A DNA stretch of 64,000 nucleotides from a virus (taxonomy: Duplodnaviria > Caudoviricetes), in IMG/VR virus record IMGVR_UViG_3300031992_000012, positions 32,001 to 96,000 of that record. One strand, written 5' to 3'. Of this stretch, positions 56,242-64,000 are shown one piece after another (the stretch's first letter is position 1; each line of letters begins with the position of its first letter). The position numbers and the translations under genes are program-made. The notes below the pieces were generated by a model. The model did no database searches. It saw only the letters and a list, made by a program, of their open reading frames with translations, and had not been told where the DNA came from.

Positions 56242-56702
56242 GCGCGTCCGACAATGTCTCAAGGAGCATCGTGACCGGTAGCTATCCGGGGTTCCGATGC
56301 TCCGTCTCGGATAACGAGACTACCATTCGTGTCCTTGGCGTGTCGGGTGATCTGACCTATCGCGTCAAGGAGGACGAGCTCTTCAACAAGGGCGACGTGC
56401 TGGCGGTCGTCGGCGGGATGGAGGTGAAGGCTCCATGCTACGCCACTGTGTACGAGCTGTCTAAAAGGGAGTTCCTGAACGATGGCGACGTTCTCATGCG
56501 CATACGGGATGTCAACCCCACGTACTCCTGCTACTTCGCCCCGCCGCTTGAAGTAGTCGGGCGCGAGAAAGAGGACATCACGGGGCTGGAGCTCTATCGC
56601 CGAATCCGCAAGAACATGAACCTCCCGAGCAAGAAGTGCAAGAACATAAGGGAAGTAGTAGAATACCTAACGGAAACCGTGAACAAGGAGGAGAAGAAAT
56701 GA
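56238..56702 (+). CDS. Protein with biotinyl/lipoyl-like barrel-sandwich hybrid domain
   Basis: VKEDELFNKGDVLAVV...EVKAP..ATV...LNDGDVLMRI. Confidence 0.6.
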   Translation: MSASDNVSRSIVTGSYPGFRCSVSDNETTIRVLGVSGDLTYRVKEDELFNKGDVLAVVGGMEVKAPCYATVYELSKREFLNDGDVLMRIRDVNPTYSCYFAPPLEVVGREKEDITGLELYRRIRKNMNLPSKKCKNIREVVEYLTETVNKEEKK

Positions 56703-56841
56703 CCATGGACAACGAGAAAGGACTGGCTGCGTGAAGGGCTGAAGCCCGCCGTGCTCCCCCAGCAGGAGGATCAAGACAAGCAGAGGGCCCGTGACAAGGC
56801 CAGACGGGAAAAGGCGGAGAACGCCGCCGGCTGACGAACAA

Positions 56842-56877
56842 GGAACGGGGGTCCGTACAATCCCCGTTCTTTTTCTT
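56842..56877 (+). terminator. Rho-independent terminator
   Basis: GAACGGGG/CCCCGTTC plus T-run. Confidence 0.7.
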
Positions 56878-56906
56878 AGCCCGTAGAAGTTATATTAAGT
56901 GTCATT

Positions 56907-58211
56907 ATGACTCAATCTGCCAAAGGAATAAAAGACCGCGCAAACTACGGGGATTTAAGCTCCCTGCGCACCGACATACCGCTCACGCTGGTACGCCAGC
57001 TTCATCGTGCCAAACGCGCCGGGACACACACCGATCTGCGCATCGGCACCAACGCCGGGATGTTCAGTTGGGCCATGCCCAAGGACCTACCGGGCGAGGG
57101 CGAGAAGCATCTGGCCATACGCCAGCCGCTGCACGACTGGAGCTACAACGACTTCGAGGGCGAGATAGGCAGGGGTTACGGCAAAGGCGTCGTCAGCCGT
57201 CTTGAGAAGAGCCCGGTCATCCTCCTGAAGAACGACCCGGGCCACATAATGTTCACACGCGGCGACACGCGGAACAGCCCTGTATACAACATGGTTCAGA
57301 CAAGGAACGGCAACTGGCTGGTCATGATGAAGGGCGAGAACATCCCGCTGACGGTCAGGACGTACAGCAAGGAGCATTTCAAGTCGATACCGCTGGACAA
57401 GGTGGCCGACATAATGGACGACAACGCAATCGCCACGCCGAAGCTCGACGGGGCGGGCGCCCTGGCCTCCCTCGGCGACCGTGGCGTGCGCGTCTTCGGA
57501 ATACGCCCGGACAAGGGCGGGAATCCCATAGAGTACACCGACCACATCGGCGGGCTGAGGGACCTCGAGATACCCGAGGACCTTCGCGGCCTTACGCTCA
57601 GGGGCGAGGTAGTCGCCGAGCGTGACGGGAAGATACTGCCCCCGCAGGAGCTGTCGGGCTATCTCAACAGCGCCTTGATGAAGGCTGCAGCTAGAAGGGT
57701 AGACGACGGCATAGGGCTGCGCATGGCGCCCCTGGCCATCGTGGGTGACAAGGACGACTACGACAGGAAGCGCATAGACGAGATAGTGCGGCGGCTTAGG
57801 TCGGGCAAGTTCATCAGCCTGCCGACGTACAACCGCGAGGCAGCCCTCAAGGCGATAGAGGCCATGCGCAACGGGACCCACCCTTTGACCAGGGAGGGCC
57901 TCGTTATTCAGCGTCCGGGCGAACGGCCGGTCAAGGCCAAGCTGACGGACGATTCAGACGTGGTCGTAAGGAACATCTTCCCGGCGGTTACGAAGGACGG
58001 CTCTAGAAGGGCCGGCGGCTTCGAATATTCGCTTCCGGGCAGCGACAAGATAGTGGGTCGTGTCGGCACGGGCTTCAGCCATGAGCTGCTGAGGGACATG
58101 CTCGACAACCCCGGCAAGTACATAGGACGCACGGCGCGTATACACCACCTCGGGCAGTACGACGGTGGCGCTTATCGGGCGCCTGGCTTTATAAGCATGA
58201 AGGAAGACTAG
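56907..58211 (+). CDS. LigD-type 3'-phosphoesterase domain fused to ATP-dependent DNA ligase
   Basis: PE motifs Q.HRA..AGTHTDLR, SWAMPK, LAIRQPLH...Y.DFEGEI..GYGKG; ligase motif I PKLDG, LRGEV, EGLVI, KAK, OB-fold VGTGFS. Confidence 0.9.
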   Translation: MTQSAKGIKDRANYGDLSSLRTDIPLTLVRQLHRAKRAGTHTDLRIGTNAGMFSWAMPKDLPGEGEKHLAIRQPLHDWSYNDFEGEIGRGYGKGVVSRLEKSPVILLKNDPGHIMFTRGDTRNSPVYNMVQTRNGNWLVMMKGENIPLTVRTYSKEHFKSIPLDKVADIMDDNAIATPKLDGAGALASLGDRGVRVFGIRPDKGGNPIEYTDHIGGLRDLEIPEDLRGLTLRGEVVAERDGKILPPQELSGYLNSALMKAAARRVDDGIGLRMAPLAIVGDKDDYDRKRIDEIVRRLRSGKFISLPTYNREAALKAIEAMRNGTHPLTREGLVIQRPGERPVKAKLTDDSDVVVRNIFPAVTKDGSRRAGGFEYSLPGSDKIVGRVGTGFSHELLRDMLDNPGKYIGRTARIHHLGQYDGGAYRAPGFISMKED

Positions 58212-58331
58212 GGCAATGACCCACCCAAACCGCAACAGTGTGAAGGCAAGCGTTCACCCCGGCTTCTGGTGCTGGGGCTGCGACGCCGCTATTGTTTCGG
58301 CGGGAAGGAAATGCCCCGTCTGCGGCACAAG

Positions 58332-58354
58332 AAATTACAACGCGTTGAAAAATC
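58332..58354. repeat. Degenerate copy of the CAACGCGTTG palindrome, intergenic
   Basis: AAATTACAACGCGTTGAAAAATC. Confidence 0.5.
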
Positions 58355-58388
58355 GTCTAAGCGTGTCCGACATAAGGAGAATAAAGGA

Positions 58389-58958
58389 ATGATTGATTGG
58401 ATAGCAGTGAAGGAAGCGATGTCCGACGACGCGAAGGGCGCTATTATGGGTGCTCTTGTAGGAGGCGGTCTCGGCGCGGGCGGCGGAATACTGTTCGGTA
58501 AGAACAAACTTGTAGGCGGTCTTGTCGGCGGCGGTGCAGGAGCTGTTTCCGGCGGTCTGGCGGGGTATGGTCTCGGACGCGCGCATAGGCTGGGGAAGGA
58601 ACGCGACATAGCCCGGCTCAAGGGTGATTTGAAGGACATTTACTACAAGAACATGGACTCCCCGTCACAGCGGTTCCATTTAGGTGAAAACGGTGGCTGG
58701 AAGGACGATTATTCCCAGGAGGACTGGGAGCATAACTTGAAGGGAGACCTCGGCATAATAGAGGACACATTCGCCCTCCATCCGGACAACATAAAGAAAA
58801 TCCGCGAACGGCTGAAGGAGCGGTTGACGATGACCTACAACCACAAGCTCAATGGCAATAATTATGACCTTGAGCGCAGGATAAGCCCCGAGGACTTCCA
58901 CGCCGAGAGGATAGGAAGGGACAAGCATGTACGCTATTTCCGCAACAAATACGAATAG
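58389..58958 (+). CDS. Glycine-zipper protein with MIDW-VK-A leader
   Basis: MIDWIAVKEAM; GAIMGALVGGGLGAGGG...GGLVGGGAGAVSGGLAG. Confidence 0.75.
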   Translation: MIDWIAVKEAMSDDAKGAIMGALVGGGLGAGGGILFGKNKLVGGLVGGGAGAVSGGLAGYGLGRAHRLGKERDIARLKGDLKDIYYKNMDSPSQRFHLGENGGWKDDYSQEDWEHNLKGDLGIIEDTFALHPDNIKKIRERLKERLTMTYNHKLNGNNYDLERRISPEDFHAERIGRDKHVRYFRNKYE

Positions 58959-58967
58959 GAGACGGAG

Positions 58968-59876
58968 ATGATAGACTGGACTGCCGTTAAGAAAGCAGCC
59001 GAGTTCACCCCGGAGGCCCTGGCCGACCTTGACTACTACAAGGACTGGGAGACCCCGGAGGAGAAGGCTGAGGACGAGAAGACATCCAAGCGCAACATCA
59101 AGCAGTACCAGGAGTGGTACAAGGACTACACGCCGAAGGAGCTTCTCAAGAGATACGCGGAGTCCGAAGACTACAACGACCGTCTCAAGCGCAGGCTGGA
59201 CGAGCTTAACTACACCATAAGCAGTCATTTCCCGGTGGACAGCACGATGGACCCGGCACTCCGCATAGACAACATGTCCCGCGAGAAGCTTCTGCAGAAC
59301 GCCAGGCGTGTCCTTAGCTGGCAGCGATACGTGACAAAGGGAGCGACCGACGTCGCCGTCTCCCCCATATACTCCAACTTCGACAAGTACGCCGACCACG
59401 GTGTAAGCGACAAGGACTGGAAGCTTCTGACGGACTCCTTCGCGGAAGCCCGCAAGGCGTCACCGAACATCGAAGGCTACGGCGACGAGTGGGAGGCCGA
59501 CGAGGCAATCACAAACGGCATACCGCTGCGCATAACAGCCGGTGGCAAGGACATCGGGGCGGCCTCCTTGCATGGCGGAAGGAGCGAAATCCGCATAGAC
59601 GAGCTGGGACTCCTGCCGGAACACCAGGGCAAGGGATACGGGCGTGAGGCGCTCAAGCAAATAGCCCGTCACATCCTTGAACGCCGCAAGAGCGAATGGA
59701 CGTATCCGTGGGGTCTCGACTACCACAAGGGCATCGGCATAGGCGCCGACACGGCGAACACCCGCGCCAACCACCTTTACAGCTCGTTCGGCTTCAAGCC
59801 CGTCGAGAAGGAGGATACTTATATCAAGTACCACATGCCTTTCGACAAGGCCAGAAAGATAACAGGCGTGAAATGA
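58968..59876 (+). CDS. GNAT acetyltransferase with MIDW-VK-A leader
   Basis: MIDWTAVKKAA; motif A IDELGLLPEHQGKGYG; NTRANHLYSSFGF. Confidence 0.85.
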   Translation: MIDWTAVKKAAEFTPEALADLDYYKDWETPEEKAEDEKTSKRNIKQYQEWYKDYTPKELLKRYAESEDYNDRLKRRLDELNYTISSHFPVDSTMDPALRIDNMSREKLLQNARRVLSWQRYVTKGATDVAVSPIYSNFDKYADHGVSDKDWKLLTDSFAEARKASPNIEGYGDEWEADEAITNGIPLRITAGGKDIGAASLHGGRSEIRIDELGLLPEHQGKGYGREALKQIARHILERRKSEWTYPWGLDYHKGIGIGADTANTRANHLYSSFGFKPVEKEDTYIKYHMPFDKARKITGVK

Positions 59877-60448
59877 TAGACTGGATAGCGGTCAAACAGG
59901 CTTCGGTCACCCTGGAGGACATACCGACCCTCCCGGACGACCCCGCCATGTTCAGCCCGGACGACAGGAAGCTCCTTGAGAGCACCCTGCGCGTCATCGG
60001 AGACGCTTCCGGCGAGCCCTTCGAGACTCATGAAGAGATGACCGGCGAGCTCGCGAGAATAGTGACGCGAGGACATCCTTACCGCATAATGAGCGACGGC
60101 AAGCCTGCCGGCATAGCCGTCACGGGCGGTTTCAGCCACTGGGACGACGACAATAAGAAGTTGTACATCGGCAAGTCGATTGACGAGCTGGGCCTTCTGC
60201 CGGAGTACCAGGACAAGGGCATAGGCAAGGAGGCAATAAAGCTGCTTGTCCGCGACATGCTGAAGGACAAGCCGAAATGGCTTCATATAGCGCACGCCAA
60301 CGCCAACCCCAGGGCCGCGCATGTGTACGGCGAGATGGGGTTCGCCCACCCGATGAAGTGGGACGAGAGGGCGACCTCCCTTCATATGAAGGGAAGCGAC
60401 GCCAGAAGGAAAGTCAAGGAGTGGTTCGCCGGAGAGGCGGACGCATGA
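59873..60448 (+). CDS. GNAT acetyltransferase with MIDW-VK-A leader
   Basis: MIDWIAVKQAS; IDELGLLPEYQDKGIG; NPRAAHVYGEMGF. Confidence 0.85.
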   Translation: MIDWIAVKQASVTLEDIPTLPDDPAMFSPDDRKLLESTLRVIGDASGEPFETHEEMTGELARIVTRGHPYRIMSDGKPAGIAVTGGFSHWDDDNKKLYIGKSIDELGLLPEYQDKGIGKEAIKLLVRDMLKDKPKWLHIAHANANPRAAHVYGEMGFAHPMKWDERATSLHMKGSDARRKVKEWFAGEADA

Positions 60449-60477
60449 CTCTTTTTTAGCTGCTAAAATAAGGGCTT

Positions 60478-60519
60478 CAAAGGCCGTGGATCGACTTGAA
60501 TCCACGGCCTTTGTTTTTT
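60478..60519 (+). terminator. Rho-independent terminator
   Basis: 14-bp stem CAAAGGCCGTGGAT/ATCCACGGCCTTTG plus T6. Confidence 0.75.
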
Positions 60520-60549
60520 GCTAAAAACACCCCTTTTTCGTGTAAGAAT
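60520..60549 (+). promoter_or_regulatory. Repeated phage promoter copy 9
   Basis: GCTAAAA-N14-TGTAAGAAT. Confidence 0.65.
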
Positions 60550-60624
60550 CACTTAATGGGAGAAGTTAATTCCCCCGATTTTATTTTTAGTTCACACTCA
60601 AAAAACAAAAAGGAGAAAACAATT

Positions 60625-62088
60625 ATGAGTGACTGGAAAACCGATTACGACAACGCCGTCGCGACTGTGCAGGACATCCTCTTCAACAAGTACAAGCTCG
60701 ACCCGAACCAGTACTACAGATGCTGCAGCGGCGTCGACTCCTATTTCGGTTCGCACAACATCAAGAAAATCGACAAGTGCATAAACTTGCCCGGGTGGCA
60801 CATCTACGCCTGGTTCACGCTCTCCGGCCCGGAGTACTACGCTACCATGGGAGAGGCCATCGAACGCTTCATGATGATTCCGTCGTACAAGGATGTCGCG
60901 TGCGACCGTTTCGACCCTCTCGCCCCCGCCCGTGGCATCATCTGGAAAGACCCGAAGGGTCTCGCCAACAAGCATTTCCCCTACTACAATCCAGGCGTCA
61001 AGAAGGACGGGCGCAACTCGTCTGCCGACGACGGGCGGTCAACGTCGAAGAACGTCGACAAGAAGAGATACTCCTGCGATGATGATTGTCCGAACAAGTA
61101 CACGGACGTCTGCAATGACTGCCCGTTCAACCCGTCTTCCAAGCGTGACGAAGTCTGCACAGAGGGGCGCAGGGAAGACAAGGACAAGTCCGCCGACAAG
61201 GTCGCCGAGCTTCAGCGAATTTTGTTCGACGAGCACAAGCTCTCCCGCACTGAATACCTCCCCACCAAAATCGGCGTCCGCTCCGACGACCTCCACTTCA
61301 ACACCAGCAAACGCATCGAGACGTCCAACGACGGCGCCCATTTCCTCGTGTCCGGCTGGTTCGGCTGCGAGCTGTTCTCGGACCTCGACGAGGCCGTCAA
61401 GCGCTTCCTCGAGATTCCGCCGCTCCGCGACGTCCATCTCAGCGACTATCACGGATTCGCATCGCCCTCGGTTTCCTGGAAAGACCCCAGGGGCAAGATC
61501 AACGAAAAGTTCCGCTACCTCGACCCGTGCGCGCCGCGCCATACCGATGTCCACGAGACTTGTCATAACCCCTGGCAGTCTCAGGAGGAGCTCGACAACA
61601 TGTTCGCACGCCAGGGCATTGTCCGGAATCACGCTCTCAAGGGCAAGCTATCCAGGCTCGACACGCTTCTCGGGGTCACGCCCCGCCGCCAAAGCGAGAC
61701 ATGGCTCTGGAACCACGGCTTCGTCCCGGCTTCCGAGTCCTTCCGCTTCACGCCCGACGCGCACAACGAACCGTCCAACGCCATCTCTCTGGAGACCGAC
61801 AAATGGACACGGGACATCGACGTCGTCTGCAAGACCAACAGCGAACTGACATTCAAAATCAAGCTGACCGTACTTCTCATCGACGGGAAGTGGCGTGTCG
61901 ACTGCGAAGTCGTTGCCGGTGAAGACCCCCGGACTACCGTCTACTTTAACGCCCGAGTCAAGATTGGCGAGCGGTGTTTCAAGAACGCGGAGCTCCATGA
62001 CACCGTCGAGGAGGCCTTCGGAGCCCTGCATGCCAAGATCGAGGCTGTCTACGACAAGCTCTCCGACATCGAGGAGGCGCACGAATAA
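60625..62088 (+). CDS. Hypothetical protein with internal tandem domain duplication
   Basis: VATVQDILFNKYKL...EAIERF..IP..WKDPKG repeated as VAELQRILFDEHKL...EAVKRF..IP..WKDPRG; AAGGAG SD. Confidence 0.8.
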   Translation: MSDWKTDYDNAVATVQDILFNKYKLDPNQYYRCCSGVDSYFGSHNIKKIDKCINLPGWHIYAWFTLSGPEYYATMGEAIERFMMIPSYKDVACDRFDPLAPARGIIWKDPKGLANKHFPYYNPGVKKDGRNSSADDGRSTSKNVDKKRYSCDDDCPNKYTDVCNDCPFNPSSKRDEVCTEGRREDKDKSADKVAELQRILFDEHKLSRTEYLPTKIGVRSDDLHFNTSKRIETSNDGAHFLVSGWFGCELFSDLDEAVKRFLEIPPLRDVHLSDYHGFASPSVSWKDPRGKINEKFRYLDPCAPRHTDVHETCHNPWQSQEELDNMFARQGIVRNHALKGKLSRLDTLLGVTPRRQSETWLWNHGFVPASESFRFTPDAHNEPSNAISLETDKWTRDIDVVCKTNSELTFKIKLTVLLIDGKWRVDCEVVAGEDPRTTVYFNARVKIGERCFKNAELHDTVEEAFGALHAKIEAVYDKLSDIEEAHE

Positions 62089-62471
62089 TGCTGGAGAATC
62101 TCGAGCAAATCTTCGACCTGCCATTCTCCCGGAAGAGCGAAATCTGGCTGTGGCAGCACGGCTTCGACCCGCTGGTCCACCATTACGGAATCGACCAGTG
62201 GGTGCGGAAACTGACCCTCGGCGAACCGCCGCACGGGTTCATCGTAATCGTCGTCGCAAGACGAACCGGGGAGGAGTGGACCGTCTCCTACGAGGTCCGC
62301 CCCTCCGATTATCCCAACATGGACGAGACCGTCTTCCGAAAGGCCAAGGTCAATCCCTACAACGCCTATACAAGCAGGCGCCACAAGGATGTCTTCGATT
62401 GCTTCAAGGAAATCCAGGACGAGTTCCTGCGAGTGCACGGCGTTTTCAGCAATGTACAGGAGTGCCAATGA
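62088..62471 (+). CDS. Hypothetical protein, paralog of the preceding C-terminal domain
   Basis: RKSEIWLWQHGF versus RQSETWLWNHGF. Confidence 0.75.
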   Translation: MLENLEQIFDLPFSRKSEIWLWQHGFDPLVHHYGIDQWVRKLTLGEPPHGFIVIVVARRTGEEWTVSYEVRPSDYPNMDETVFRKAKVNPYNAYTSRRHKDVFDCFKEIQDEFLRVHGVFSNVQECQ

Positions 62472-62830
62472 AGGAAGTTAAAATCTACGAATGCGAGAAG
62501 TGCGGTTATAGGTCGGAAAGCAAGGGGCAGATGGAGGACCATGAGAAGGCCCACATGGCCCTCTGGCGTTTCCAGTTCAACTGGCCCAAGTTCAACATGG
62601 AGAAGGACAACGCCTTTGTCGAGTACGAGAAGGTGGACCTTGTCCCGGCCTTCGTCGACGAAGTGTTCGTCTGGGACCGCAACAACAGCGTCTCCCTCGC
62701 CATGTACGTCACCGAGCCGGACGAGAAGAAGGCCGTCGAGTTCTTCGAGAAGAAAATCGACGAGTACCTGCGCCTGCTCAACAGCATGAAAGCGGTCTGC
62801 TTCAGCCGCCTGGAGGACAGTCTGGGATGA
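62468..62830 (+). CDS. C2H2 zinc-finger family protein
   Basis: YECEKCGYRSESKGQMEDHEKAH. Confidence 0.8.
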   Translation: MKEVKIYECEKCGYRSESKGQMEDHEKAHMALWRFQFNWPKFNMEKDNAFVEYEKVDLVPAFVDEVFVWDRNNSVSLAMYVTEPDEKKAVEFFEKKIDEYLRLLNSMKAVCFSRLEDSLG

Positions 62831-63168
62831 GCATTGCCTATGACATGCACGGGGGAAGCGACGAACTTGATCACAACCATGTTCACGGAGTGATGATCGA
62901 GGCGAGGCTCAAAAAGGACTTCCATATCGACTACTCCATCCGCTACGTGATCGTCGGGGGCAATGAGAAGTTCAACGAGGTGTCTGTGAAGACTAGCTGC
63001 GAGTACGACTTCGTGGACACCCTCGTCTTTTTCAGAATCCTGACGACCAGCAACCCAGTCGACATAGCGGAAGGCAGGAGAAGGTTGACGACGTGCGTAG
63101 CCGTCAACCTCGCCCGGGCCGCCACGCATGTCAGCAGGATAATACACGAAGCCAAGGAGCCGACATGA
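62827..63168 (+). CDS. Hypothetical protein
   Basis: Coupled ORF. Confidence 0.65.
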   Translation: MSIAYDMHGGSDELDHNHVHGVMIEARLKKDFHIDYSIRYVIVGGNEKFNEVSVKTSCEYDFVDTLVFFRILTTSNPVDIAEGRRRLTTCVAVNLARAATHVSRIIHEAKEPT

Positions 63169-63479
63169 GCGCAGCCGAAAGAAACTGGTTCTTTGAAACG
63201 GCGGACCACTGCGCCATACAGTCGGTCACCGTCAGCCCGGACTTCTCAGTTGACTACGACGTGGAGGCAACGAACGTCTCGGTGTCCAAGGGCCGCCTCA
63301 ACAAGGTCTTCAGCGACAGTGGCCGCTACGCCCCTTACATGGTCAAGCTATCCATAACCACCTACGACAACGAGCAGGACATGCGCCGTGGACGGCACAA
63401 GCTGTTTGCGGCGCTGTCTTCCAGAATCGGCCGCATGGCGACAGAACTAAGCGAAATCATAAAAAAGCAAGGAGGCTAG
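63165..63479 (+). CDS. Hypothetical protein
   Basis: AAGGAG SD, coupled. Confidence 0.65.
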   Translation: MSAAERNWFFETADHCAIQSVTVSPDFSVDYDVEATNVSVSKGRLNKVFSDSGRYAPYMVKLSITTYDNEQDMRRGRHKLFAALSSRIGRMATELSEIIKKQGG

Positions 63480-63480
63480 A

Positions 63481-63822
63481 ATGTACGCGTTAATAACGGT
63501 AAGCGAAGCCCTGCTTGACGACGGGAAGTTCGTTTTCGACATCAAGCGCAAGCGGGACATCGTCTATTTTGACAAGCTCCGCCTGGGGAAACCGTTCACG
63601 GTTGAGCGAAGCGTATCCAACATCCCGCCGAATGAACGGTCGAGGAAAGGCGGATACAAGTACGACATATCCGACAAGGTATGGCGGATCTGGGTCGACG
63701 CCAAGGACATCGACAAGGGCATGGCCGCTCTTACGGAGCACATCAAGGCGCATTTCAACGCGCGGCTGAAAAAGCTGGACGAGGGAATATTCCCAAGGAA
63801 GGACTGCAAATGGACGGACTGA
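63481..63822 (+). CDS. Hypothetical protein
   Basis: AAGGAGG SD. Confidence 0.7.
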   Translation: MYALITVSEALLDDGKFVFDIKRKRDIVYFDKLRLGKPFTVERSVSNIPPNERSRKGGYKYDISDKVWRIWVDAKDIDKGMAALTEHIKAHFNARLKKLDEGIFPRKDCKWTD

Positions 63823-64000
63823 CGGAAAACCGCAGGATTTTTCTTAACGACGAGAAGGGCGTGTTCAAATTCTCTGTCGAGGCTTCTCTCGTGACGGACG
63901 ACAAATTCCCGCCGTTCTACAGAGTATGGCAGAACAACGCGCACGCTCTTCCAATCACCGTCAGATGGAACCGCCAGTGGGGCGTGCGTGTAAGGACGGG
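63810..64000 (+). CDS. Hypothetical protein (3' partial)
   Basis: ATG 63810 after AAGGA; open to the window edge. Confidence 0.5.
   Translation, partial: MDGLTENRRIFLNDEKGVFKFSVEASLVTDDKFPPFYRVWQNNAHALPITVRWNRQWGVRVRT

Overview
A 64-kb segment of a large (jumbo-type) dsDNA bacteriophage genome. It is GC-rich, uses standard code 11, and every credible gene is on the + strand; no structural module or integrase is present. The left edge holds the end of a phage multisubunit RNA polymerase (beta C-terminus fused to beta' N-terminal half). Its NADFDGD catalytic motif is interrupted by an atypical, apparently naturally split LAGLIDADG intein whose second half has its own sigma70-like promoter. Next come a ~600-nt highly structured non-coding RNA candidate with tRNA-Arg(UCU) and a class III ribonucleotide reductase with two inteins plus a thioredoxin-like partner. 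The window also encodes a complete deamidating NAD+ salvage set (nadE-pncB-pncA operon, with nadD next to a NADAR gene), an RNA ligase, an AAA ATPase and a LigD-phosphoesterase/ATP-dependent ligase fusion. The rest is dense accessory DNA: several tandem paralog families (including ~12 C2H2/C2HC zinc-finger proteins) driven by a repeated bipartite promoter (GCTRAAA-N14-CGTAATAAT). Interspersed cassettes encode unrelated enzymes that share an N-terminal MIDWxxVKxA / KxA leader. A 24-bp palindrome occurs in four dispersed copies. All calls come from motif recognition by eye; no database searches were run.
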